Part shown: piece by piece, positions 19,745 through 29,200 of the stretch
Layout: each line of letters opens with the position of its first letter
Position numbering within the stretch: the first letter of the stretch is position 1
NCBI GenBank assembly: GCA_031551405.1
Contig: JAVBNQ010000003.1
Span: 62,001 to 126,000 of the forward strand
Origin: a bacterium
GTDB taxonomy: Bacteria > RUG730
DNA length: 64,000 bases
Direction of reading: 5' to 3'
The notes under the pieces: model-generated
What the model was told of the DNA's origin: nothing
Databases searched by the model: none
What the model saw: the letters and a program-made list of their open reading frames with translations, nothing else
Position numbers and translations under genes: made by a program

Positions 19745-21871
19745 TTAGTTTTTTAGCTGCTCAATATGTTTGCATTTTGGATAGCCTGTGCAACCCAAAA
19801 ATTTCCCTCGTCTACTAAATTTTACCGTCAGATCGAGCCCGCATTCAGGACATTTTTTTTGGATATTTTGTTCGATATTTCGCGAATATTTACATTTTGG
19901 GTAAGACGAGCAGGCTATAAATTTTCCAAATCTACTGGATTTTATCGTGAGTTTTCCTCCGCATTTTGGGCAAGGCTCAAGATTTTTTATTTCTTCAGAA
20001 TTTGCTTCTGATGTTTTTGGTTCTACATCTTTTTCATTTTTATTTCGCTCGATGTATTTGCATTTTGGATAAGCGCTGCAGCCAACAAATTCGCCAAATT
20101 TGCTTTTTCTGTAAACCAATTCTTCACCGCATTGCGGGCAAGTTTTGTTTGCTTTTTTGACTTCTTTCTGGCTCGGCATTTCTTTTTCAGCAAACTTTAT
20201 AGTCTCGATAAACGGTTTGTAAAAGTTATCCAGCATTTTGATCCATTCTTCTTCGCCTGTTGCGACTTTGTCTAATTTATCTTCCATCTCAGCAGTAAAA
20301 TGCGCGTCAACAATATTTGTGAAATATTTCTCCAAAATTTCTGTTACTTTTACTCCAATTTCTTCGGGAAAAAACTTTTTTTCCTCGAGTTTTACGTAGT
20401 TTCTAGCCAGCAAAGTCGCAATCGTAGGAGCATACGTCGACGGTCTTCCAATGCCGTTTTTTTCCAAAGTTTTTATCAAAGTTGCTTCTGTGTAACGAGC
20501 CGGCGGCTCTGTAAAATGTTGTTTTGGGAGGATTTCTTTTGCTTCTAATTTTTCATTTATTTCAAGTTTTGGAAGGATTACGTCTTTTGCGTTGTCGTCG
20601 TATTTGTAAACCTCTAAAAATCCGTTAAAAAGTTTTGTTTCTCCGACGGTTTGCCAAACAGTATCTTCATTTTTAAGTTTCACGATATTTTGTTCAAAAA
20701 TCGCATCGCTAATTTGACTTGCGACTGCACGCTGCCAAATTAGTTCATAAAGTCGGAACTGATCTCTTGTCAGAAATTCTTTTATTGTCTCTGGAATTTT
20801 AAAAACTGATGTTGGACGAATACATTCGTGGGCTTCCTGAGCATTTTTGTCTTTTGTTTTGTAAAAAACAGGTTTACCCGGCAAAAATTTAGCAGCAAAA
20901 CTTTTCTCGATATATTTTCGGATCTCTTCTAATGCAGGTTTTGCAATTGCCGTCGAATCAGTTCTCATATACGTTATGAGACCGACTTCCTCACTTCCGA
21001 GGTTAACGCCTTCATACAAAGTTTGCGCTACTTGCATGGTTTTTTTTGACGAAAAACCCAAAATTTTTGACGCGGCTTGCTGCAAAGTGCTTGTGATAAA
21101 AGGCGGATTCGGTTTTTTTAGCCTTTCTTTTTTATTTAAATCTATGATTTCAAAATTATTTTTGTCAAAATTTTCTAAAATTTTTTGTACGCTTTTTTCA
21201 TTTTTCAACTCTTTGTTGCCGTAATTTTTGCTTTCTTTTTCAATGAATTTTGCGAGGAATTTGATATTATCTTTTTCAAACAAAGCTTCGATCGTCCAGA
21301 ATTCCTCAGCCTTAAAATTTTGTATCTCGCGTTCTCTATCGACAATTAATTTCAAACTCGACGATTGTACTCTTCCGGCAGACAAACCTTTTAGTAATTT
21401 TTTGTTTAAAAAAGGACTTAAATTGTAACCAACCAATCTGTCAAGGATCCGTCTGGCTTGCTGAGCATTGATTAAATTATAATCGAGATCTCGAGGATTT
21501 TTGATTGCGCTTTTTATGGCATCCGGCGTGATTTCGTGGAATGCGATCCTCTTGAAATCAGTCTTCTCTAGTTTTGTGGCTTCGACTAAATGCCAGCCTA
21601 TCGCTTCTCCCTCTCGATCTTCGTCAGTCGCGATAAAAATTTGGCTGGATTTTTTTATAGTTTCAGCGAGAGTTTTTACAGTATTTTTTTTGTCAGTTGA
21701 TATTTGGTAGGTTGGTAAATAATTTTTTTCGACGTCAACGCCCATTCGCGATTTTGGCAGATCGCGGATATGTCCCATCGTCGCCAAGACTTTATAGCCT
21801 GTGCCTAATATTTTAGCTATGGTCTTACATTTTGCCGGAGACTCAACGATAATAAGATTTTGTTTACTCAT
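19745..21871 (-). CDS. topA: DNA topoisomerase I with C-terminal zinc ribbons
   Basis: IVESPAK, ATDEDREGE, SAGRVQS, LITYMRTDS (catalytic Tyr), three C4 zinc-ribbon repeats. Confidence 0.97.
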   Translation of the reverse strand: MSKQNLIIVESPAKCKTIAKILGTGYKVLATMGHIRDLPKSRMGVDVEKNYLPTYQISTDKKNTVKTLAETIKKSSQIFIATDEDREGEAIGWHLVEATKLEKTDFKRIAFHEITPDAIKSAIKNPRDLDYNLINAQQARRILDRLVGYNLSPFLNKKLLKGLSAGRVQSSSLKLIVDREREIQNFKAEEFWTIEALFEKDNIKFLAKFIEKESKNYGNKELKNEKSVQKILENFDKNNFEIIDLNKKERLKKPNPPFITSTLQQAASKILGFSSKKTMQVAQTLYEGVNLGSEEVGLITYMRTDSTAIAKPALEEIRKYIEKSFAAKFLPGKPVFYKTKDKNAQEAHECIRPTSVFKIPETIKEFLTRDQFRLYELIWQRAVASQISDAIFEQNIVKLKNEDTVWQTVGETKLFNGFLEVYKYDDNAKDVILPKLEINEKLEAKEILPKQHFTEPPARYTEATLIKTLEKNGIGRPSTYAPTIATLLARNYVKLEEKKFFPEEIGVKVTEILEKYFTNIVDAHFTAEMEDKLDKVATGEEEWIKMLDNFYKPFIETIKFAEKEMPSQKEVKKANKTCPQCGEELVYRKSKFGEFVGCSAYPKCKYIERNKNEKDVEPKTSEANSEEIKNLEPCPKCGGKLTIKSSRFGKFIACSSYPKCKYSRNIEQNIQKKCPECGLDLTVKFSRRGKFLGCTGYPKCKHIEQLKN

Positions 21872-21872
21872 T

Positions 21873-22109
21873 TTAATTCAACAACCGTTTATTTTTATCT
21901 GTTTCAGAAATATCTATGACGCCAAACCCAAAATCCGAAAGTCCGCTTATCTCCAAAATTTCTCTGATTTCTGATTCCGTGACATCGTCTATAAGCAAAC
22001 TTCTGTCTTCGCTAAAAAGCTTGAAAATATCATTCACTCCGATAGATTTTTTTTTATATAAATTTATTACATCGACAATCTCGATTATATCCGTCGCTAA
22101 TTTTGCCAT
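21873..22109 (-). CDS. Small hypothetical protein in the smg/DUF494 position between dprA and topA
   Basis: AGGAGG SD, ATG start, stop abuts the topA start; no motif recognised. Confidence 0.7.
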   Translation of the reverse strand: MAKLATDIIEIVDVINLYKKKSIGVNDIFKLFSEDRSLLIDDVTESEIREILEISGLSDFGFGVIDISETDKNKRLLN

Positions 22110-22297
22110 TTTTGGCCTCCTTTCTCAACAGAAACATGAATATTTGAGCGAAATTTAAGCATTTTTTTAATTTTAAGTCAAATCAAAATTTTGGATTTTA
22201 TTTTCTAAGTTTTTTAGTATTTTTTTAAAAAAGGGTAAAACCAATGGGCTTTGAATGTAGTATTGTAATTGAAGTATTTGATTTTCTGAAAACAATT

Positions 22298-23404
22298 TTA
22301 GACGTTGTCACTATAAAATTTCCCCGGTAATTCTTTTATCAAATTTTTTAATTCTAGACTTAAAAGTCTGCCGATCAAATCATTTATGTTGATATTAAAA
22401 TTTGAGGCAATTTCTTCAAAATTTGTTGTTCTTTTTTCCTGAATGAAATTAAAAATTTGAGTTTCGTTCTCTGTTAGATTATTTATTGCAATCTCTCGTA
22501 TTTCATTATTCTTTTCAATTTTCATTTTGCAATCAAATTCTTCTAAAATATCGTTTATGTCAACGAGAATTCTAGCTCCGTCTCGAATTAGGCTGTTCGT
22601 ACCAAAAGCTCGCGGATTAGTAATTTCTCCGGGAAGCGCAAATATTTCTTTGCCTTGCTCGAGAGCATGCGTCGCTGTGATGAGCGAGCCACTTTTCTCA
22701 GTTGCTTCAACCACTAAAATTACGTCGCTCAGTCCGCTGATGATTCTGTTTCTGTTCGGAAAATTGAATTTTTCCGGCGTCATATTAAACGTAAGTTCAG
22801 TAATAATTACGTTTTTTTCGAGTATTTTTTCGTACAATTTTTTATTTTCTGATGGATAAATATAACGAAATCCGCTGCCTATCACGCCGATCGTATTTCC
22901 AAATTCCAAAGCTCCTTTATGAGCTTCTGAATCAACGCCTCGCGCAAGTCCACTCACAACGGTGATGCCGTTCATGGCGAGTTCTTCCGCGATTTTTCTT
23001 GCCATTTTTTTTCCATAATCACTCGGATACCTAGTTCCGACTATCGCGATTGATCTATTTTTCAAATTTTTTTCGTTGCCTTTAACGAACAAAAAAGGTG
23101 GTGGTGCATAAATATTTTTCAATTTTTCTGGATATTCTTTATCGGAGAACCGGATGATTTTTATATTGTGCTTTTGGATATATTCTAACTCCTGATCGAG
23201 GTTTTCATTTAGTTTATCGCAATTCAAGAGATTCGTTGTGATTTCTTCAGTAAGCTTTAGATTTACGAGTGATGTTTTGTCAGAATTAAAAAGCTCAGCT
23301 ATATCGTTATGAAAGTAGCTTTTGAGCTTGTAAAAAGTCAACGGACCAATCCCGGGTACAAGCCATAATTTTAATTCATCTAAAAAAATTTTTTTAAATT
23401 CCAT
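22298..23404 (-). CDS. dprA: DNA-processing protein DprA
   Basis: YPEKLKNI, IAIVGTR, VSGLARGVD, FPNRNRIISGLS, SGSLITA; C-terminal winged helix. Confidence 0.95.
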   Translation of the reverse strand: MEFKKIFLDELKLWLVPGIGPLTFYKLKSYFHNDIAELFNSDKTSLVNLKLTEEITTNLLNCDKLNENLDQELEYIQKHNIKIIRFSDKEYPEKLKNIYAPPPFLFVKGNEKNLKNRSIAIVGTRYPSDYGKKMARKIAEELAMNGITVVSGLARGVDSEAHKGALEFGNTIGVIGSGFRYIYPSENKKLYEKILEKNVIITELTFNMTPEKFNFPNRNRIISGLSDVILVVEATEKSGSLITATHALEQGKEIFALPGEITNPRAFGTNSLIRDGARILVDINDILEEFDCKMKIEKNNEIREIAINNLTENETQIFNFIQEKRTTNFEEIASNFNININDLIGRLLSLELKNLIKELPGKFYSDNV

Positions 23405-23410
23405 TTTTTG

Positions 23411-24025
23411 TTATTGCTCTATAAAATTTTGTAAAATTTTACGCATTTTTTCCAAAGCTTTAGCTCGATGACTAATTTTTGCTTTTTCGATTATACTCAT
23501 TTCTGCAAAAGTTTTGTTGAATTTTGGGACAAAAAAGATTGGATCATACCCAAAACCGTTTTTGCCTTTTTTTTCGAATGTAATGAAGCCAAAACATTCG
23601 CCTTGCGTTGTGATAATATTCTTTCCAGGAACTTTAAAAGCTATAACGGTTTTGAAAACAGCATTTCGTTTTTCATAAGGAGTTTCGCCGAGATTTTTCA
23701 GGAGTTTTTTAATATTGTCGTCGTAGGTCGCGTTTTCGCCGGCATATCTTGCAGCAAAAATTCCAGGCTCGTTATTAAGCGCCTCGACTTCAAAACCTGT
23801 GTCATCTGAAATAGCTGGTAAACCAGTAAATTCGCTAATTTCTGAAGCCTTTTTTTCGGCATTTTCTATTATCGTCTTGCCATCTTCAATTACTTCTGGA
23901 ATATTTTTGAAATTTTTTAGGCTCAAAAAATCGATCGCTAAATCTTGAAAATACGACGATATTTCTCTAAATTTCCCTTCGTTTGTCGTGGCAATTATAA
24001 TTTTTTTACACATTTTTATTTCCAA
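23411..24025 (-). CDS. rdgB: dITP/XTP pyrophosphatase (HAM1 family); true start may be the ATG at 24013
   Basis: ATTNEGKFRE, DDTGFEV, GFGYDPIF, SHRAKAL. Confidence 0.94.
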   Translation of the reverse strand: MEIKMCKKIIIATTNEGKFREISSYFQDLAIDFLSLKNFKNIPEVIEDGKTIIENAEKKASEISEFTGLPAISDDTGFEVEALNNEPGIFAARYAGENATYDDNIKKLLKNLGETPYEKRNAVFKTVIAFKVPGKNIITTQGECFGFITFEKKGKNGFGYDPIFFVPKFNKTFAEMSIIEKAKISHRAKALEKMRKILQNFIEQ

Positions 24026-24104
24026 AATTTAATACTATAATTATACTGATATATTTTAATTTTGCAAGCTTTTTAAAAAAAATTTAATTTAGCAAAATTA
24101 GTCG

Positions 24105-25448
24105 CTATTTTAACGATTTTATAAAATGCGAGACTGCAGTAATATTATCTACAAAAATAAGATTCGCGTCTTTGATCTTTAGATTTTTTGCAGTCGGTAA
24201 AATTATGGTTTTAATTCCAAAATTTTGCGTTCTATTGAGCCGTTCCTGTAAAAAGGAAACCGGCCTGATTTCACCGCCGAGCCCAACTTCTCCAATAAAA
24301 ACGATATCTTTCGGAATCACAATCTCGAGATAGCTGCTGATAATAGACGCACAAATCGCCAAATCCAACGCTATGTCTTTGATTTTTAATCCACCGACGA
24401 GATTCAAAAAAATATCTTGATCATAAAGTTTTAGTTTTAATTTTTTTTCAAGGACAGCAATCAAAAAAAATAATCTATTTATATCTAGACCTGAAGTTTG
24501 CCGTCGTCCTATTCCTTGAAAATTTCTGGAAACCAAGGCTTGAAGCTCGACATTTATAGCTCGAGTCCCCTCAACAACCGTTGAAATAATCATTCCGGAA
24601 CTAAGCGAAATATTTTCGTCAAAAAATATTTTCTCAGGATCTTTTACCTCACAAAGCCCGCCGGAGGTCATCTCGAAAACCGCAATTTCCGACGTACTTC
24701 CGAATCTATTCTTAAAGCTTCGAATTATGCGAAAAACGCCTTTTTCATCCTCAAAATAAAGCACGACGTCTACAATATGTTCCAAAATTTTTGGGCCTGC
24801 CAAATTGCCTTCTTTTGTGATGTGTCCAATGAGAAAAATGGTGATATTTTGTGTTTTTGCGATTCGCAGGAGATGAGACGCTACATCTTTGATTTGGCTT
24901 ATTGTGCCGGATGAGTTCAAAATTTCCGGATTATAGATCGTCTGAATTGAGTCGATGATCAAAATTTCCGGTTTTTGCGAATCAATCGCGTTTTTTATAT
25001 CATTCAGATTATCCGTTGCAAGCAAAAAAATATTTTGACTGTTTATTTTGAGGCGGTTTGCTCGTGATTTTATTTGCGAAATAGATTCCTCACCCGAGAT
25101 ATACAAAACTTTTTTTTGTGAGTAAAAACTGAGCTGTAAGAGTAGCGTAGATTTTCCGATCCCAGGGGCTCCACCCAAAAGCGTGAAACTTCCGTCGACA
25201 ATTCCTCCACCCAAGATTCTGTCGAATTCCTTAATCCCACTCGAGAATCTTTCTACATTTTCAACTCCGGCTTCGTCTAATGAAATCGGCGGTTTAGCTG
25301 AAAAATGCGAGGAAGTTTGTTTTTCATTAACTTTTACGGTTTCCTCGAAGCTGTTCCACGCGCCGCAGTCAGGACATTTTCCGAGCCATTTTGAGGCAGT
25401 GTAGCCGCATTCAGTACATAAAAAACTGATTTTATTTTTCATTTCCAT
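24105..25448 (-). CDS. radA: DNA repair protein RadA/Sms
   Basis: CTECG..CPDC zinc finger, GAPGIGKST, DSIQT, KNRFG, Lon-like C-domain. Confidence 0.96.
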   Translation of the reverse strand: MEMKNKISFLCTECGYTASKWLGKCPDCGAWNSFEETVKVNEKQTSSHFSAKPPISLDEAGVENVERFSSGIKEFDRILGGGIVDGSFTLLGGAPGIGKSTLLLQLSFYSQKKVLYISGEESISQIKSRANRLKINSQNIFLLATDNLNDIKNAIDSQKPEILIIDSIQTIYNPEILNSSGTISQIKDVASHLLRIAKTQNITIFLIGHITKEGNLAGPKILEHIVDVVLYFEDEKGVFRIIRSFKNRFGSTSEIAVFEMTSGGLCEVKDPEKIFFDENISLSSGMIISTVVEGTRAINVELQALVSRNFQGIGRRQTSGLDINRLFFLIAVLEKKLKLKLYDQDIFLNLVGGLKIKDIALDLAICASIISSYLEIVIPKDIVFIGEVGLGGEIRPVSFLQERLNRTQNFGIKTIILPTAKNLKIKDANLIFVDNITAVSHFIKSLK

Positions 25449-26259
25449 CCGACCTGAATTTTTGATTACTTAAGGATAAATCCCAAAAAATTTCAACTTG
25501 CAAGTTTTCTGGTCTAACTTTTTTGTCCAAATTGTATTTTTTATAAAATTTCTCGAGACTTTCTTCAGAAAAGATTTGATTTTTTATTAGTCTTGGAAAC
25601 AATATTTTGCGTCGTTCTTTGAAGCAAAATTTTACAAAATCGACAAAGTTTTTTTTATTATCCAAGTCGTCAGCAGCCAAAAATTTTGGTTTAAACTCGA
25701 CGAGAGCAGAGTCAATTTTTGGTTGAGGATAAAAAACTGTTTTGCTGACTTTCTGGAATTTTTCTACGTCCCAAAATTTTTGTACGATGCACGACAGCAC
25801 TCCAAAATTTTTTGTATTAGGATTTGCGATGATTCTGTCAGCGACTTCTTTTTGCATCATCAAAATTATTTTTTCTAAGCTGTTAAAATAGTCGAGCATT
25901 TTAAAAATTATAGGAGAGGTGATATTGTACGGAATATTTGCAATTAATTTATTTGGAATGATAGCATCGAGCTTCCAATCTTTTTTCAAACAATCACCTT
26001 TTATCATAAAAAAACGGTTTTCTTCGTTATATTTTTGCATTAAAAATTCTATTAGAGCTTTGTCAATTTCGATTGCGACTACTTTTTGCGCATTTTCGAG
26101 CAGAAAATCCGTCATAAAACCTTTCCCGGGTCCTATTTCCAAAATTATATCGCTTTTCGAAATTGCTGCTCTAGCCAAAATTTTATTGAGAATATTTTTA
26201 TCGTTTAAAAAGTTTTGGCCGAAATTTTTTTTAACTCGATGATTGATGATATTTTGCAT
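25432..26259 (-). CDS. rsmA: 16S rRNA dimethyladenosine transferase KsgA
   Basis: KKNFGQNFL, EIGPGKG, ANIPYNI, MMQKEVA. Confidence 0.95.
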   Translation of the reverse strand: MQNIINHRVKKNFGQNFLNDKNILNKILARAAISKSDIILEIGPGKGFMTDFLLENAQKVVAIEIDKALIEFLMQKYNEENRFFMIKGDCLKKDWKLDAIIPNKLIANIPYNITSPIIFKMLDYFNSLEKIILMMQKEVADRIIANPNTKNFGVLSCIVQKFWDVEKFQKVSKTVFYPQPKIDSALVEFKPKFLAADDLDNKKNFVDFVKFCFKERRKILFPRLIKNQIFSEESLEKFYKKYNLDKKVRPENLQVEIFWDLSLSNQKFRSDGNEK

Positions 26260-26262
26260 AAT

Positions 26263-29200
26263 TTATTTTGCTGTCGCTTTTTTTTCTTGGCTCGTGATGA
26301 GTGGGAAATTATACTCAAGCATTATTTGTTTATCTTCGCGATTCGTATTTTGATCGATATTAACCAAGCCTTTCAAATGTAAATTTTTCTTTATTTGGTA
26401 TTTTGCTTCTATTTCATGTTGGACACCAAAAGTGTCTTTGTTTTCAGTATCCTTGTGAGTATCAACCCCGAAAGCGTAACTCAAAAATAAATTTGAAAGT
26501 AAATATTTTCCGACAGTGAGACTACTTCCGGAGAAAAGGCTCGCATTTTTATTCTCTTGAGTGTTGAAAGATTTTTCTGTAACTTTTGTGCTCACTCTCA
26601 CAAAGTCGATTAGTCTGGTGGATTCTACGAGCACTTTGACGAGAGGTGTGGTGAGTGTATTATCGATGAGCCTAAAAAATTCTCGTTTCACGTAAAGTTC
26701 TTTGTCTTCGCTCGATGAATTTTTATCAAAAGTGCCTCCTGACATCGCCAAACCCATAGCTTCTTGCGAGGAAGTGTTTGGGAAGTTCGTGGATTCAAAC
26801 TTTAGCTTTAGATCACTGAGTTTTGATCGCGAGACGGACAAAACGATTGTGTCGTCGACCTTGCGATTGAAAGTAGGGTCTTCTCGTTGAATGTTCGATT
26901 CAGCGATTAGAGCAACATAAGGCTCATTATTTATAACGGAAAAATTGCCTTCTTTGACTCTAAAATAGTTGCCTAAAAAATTGAGATCACCGCGCAAGAA
27001 ATTTATTTCACCGTTAACAATTAAGTTTTTTGTTGGCCCTTTAAAAGTAAAAATTCCTTCGATACACATATTTACGAACTCATTTTCAAACCAAGTATTT
27101 TTGCCGGCTTGAAGCTTTACGTCGAATTCCGCGTTCTTTAAAAAGTCTGGAGTATCGTCTGAATTTTCCTTTGGTGGATAGGTAAATGCTGCGTCTTCTA
27201 AAGTCAAATTTGCAAGAATTTTGTATTTTTCAGGGCGGCCTTTTATATTTGCGACTCCTTTTATGTCTGCTCGAGAATTTGACGCCGGAATAATCTTTAG
27301 AATGGCACTTTGTGGAATTTTTAGGCTTCTCACTTCAAGAGCAATTCCTTTTTCGCCTTTTGTCTCGAGACTTACATCGAAATTTTCTAGTTCAAAATTT
27401 TTTAATATCCCACTTCCAAAAATTCTTAACGAGCTTTTTCCAATTTTCGCCTCTGTATTTTTTATTATAAATCTATTTGCTTCAAAAATAATTTCCGAGT
27501 TGAAATTTTTTATGTTACGAAAAATGTCGTTCATGTGAAAGCTGGCATCGTCAATTTTGAGTGAGCCTTTTTGATAGATATCGTTTATTTTATTGTAAAG
27601 CTCGAGGTCTAAGCTCACTTTTCCCTTTGCCGAACTTATTGTGTCTCCGATTAAATCCTCGAGAATTCGCAGATTTGCGTCACTACTTTTTATTTTCACC
27701 GACATTTTTTGTTTGTCTACGTATTTTTTTTCCGTCTCAACCAAGGCAAAAGGGATAATCCCATCTGCAGAAATATTGTATTTTGATTTTGATTTAAGTT
27801 CTAAATTTTTTATGTTTATCGAATTTTTGTTGATATAAATTTGCGTTTTGACGGTATCGAAATTCAGAACTTCAAACTTTCCATTTTTTCCATCAATATT
27901 TATATCGATTTCCGGTGATTTTGAGCTTCCGTGTACTTTGACGGAAAAGTCTGATGGCCCTTCGACGTAAAGTCCGATATCAAGTAATTTTGAAACGCGA
28001 GCTAAATCAAAAGCTTTTCCCCTTATTAAAATGTTTAAATTGTCATTTGAATCGATTTTCCCATTGACGAAAAGGGAAGATTTTAGGTCTTTGTACTCTA
28101 GTTCGCTTAAAATGACTTCGCTATTTTTTAGTGTGATCTTCCCGTCGAGATTTTTGTTCTGTGAGATTTTAGGGATTATGATAGAACCATCTTTGAAGTT
28201 ATATTTTAGTTTTTTATCTCTAAAGTTATATTTATTTATCCAAAAATTTGAGAGAGTGAGATCTCCGGACAAAAGTTCATTGCTGAATTTTCCATCGACG
28301 GTAATATCCCCGATTCCTTTAGCTAGTCCAAAAAGATCCCATTTGTTCATATAAATTTTTAAGTCGAACTGAGGCGCTCCGGAAAAATCGAAATAGCTAT
28401 TTTCTTTAACTAAAAATTTTGTTTGTTTGTTTTCAAAAGCCGCGTTTTTTATAGCAACTTTTTTGGATTTTGGATGAAAAGAGATATCAAAACTAGATTT
28501 GTCGATATCAAAGCCTGCAAAAGATCCATTCTTCCAGTCCAAATTTGAGGTTGCGTTAAAAGATTTTTCTATATTTTCAACGGATAATTTTCCGGTCAGC
28601 AGCCCTAAAAAAATTTTTTCGTTACATAGATTGTTTATTTCTGTTGAGTCAAAATTTTTAAAATCTAGACCAAATTTGAAATTATTTTTGTTAGAATTTA
28701 AGTTGTATTTTAGATTTGATTTTTCGTTGATGAACAAGTTTCCATTTTGAATTTGCAAATTTTTACCATCGTAAAAAATATTATTCTTAAACAAGTATTT
28801 TTTTGAATTTTTTGAGAAGCTGAATTCAAAATTTTTTGAGTCGATAATTGGGGATTTTGTCGTTCCTCGAAAGTTTAATTTTCCGTTTAACCAAAAATTA
28901 GTTGCAAAAAATTTATTTTTTTTGAGTAAAATCGATAAAAGATTTTCGCAATTATAATAAATAAAATGTAATTCTCCGGCTATCTTGTTATTTTTCTCAA
29001 CTTTTAAATTTCCAAAAACATTGTTGTCGATGATTATTTTTGTGAGATGAAAAGTTTTGGTTTCGTAATCATATTCGTAGTTAGTTTTTAGATTCGAAGT
29101 TTTCGATTCGTTAAAATGAAAATTTTTTATATCCAATTTTCCTTGATATTTTGCATTTTGTTCGTCGTAAAAAAGCTCGTTTTGTAAATTTAGAGAAAAT

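Noticed and set aside
19766-20160. Repeated sequence at the topA 3' end (CATTTTGGATA / CATTTTGGGTA)
   Set aside because: Explained by the tandem YPKCK zinc-ribbon repeats of TopA
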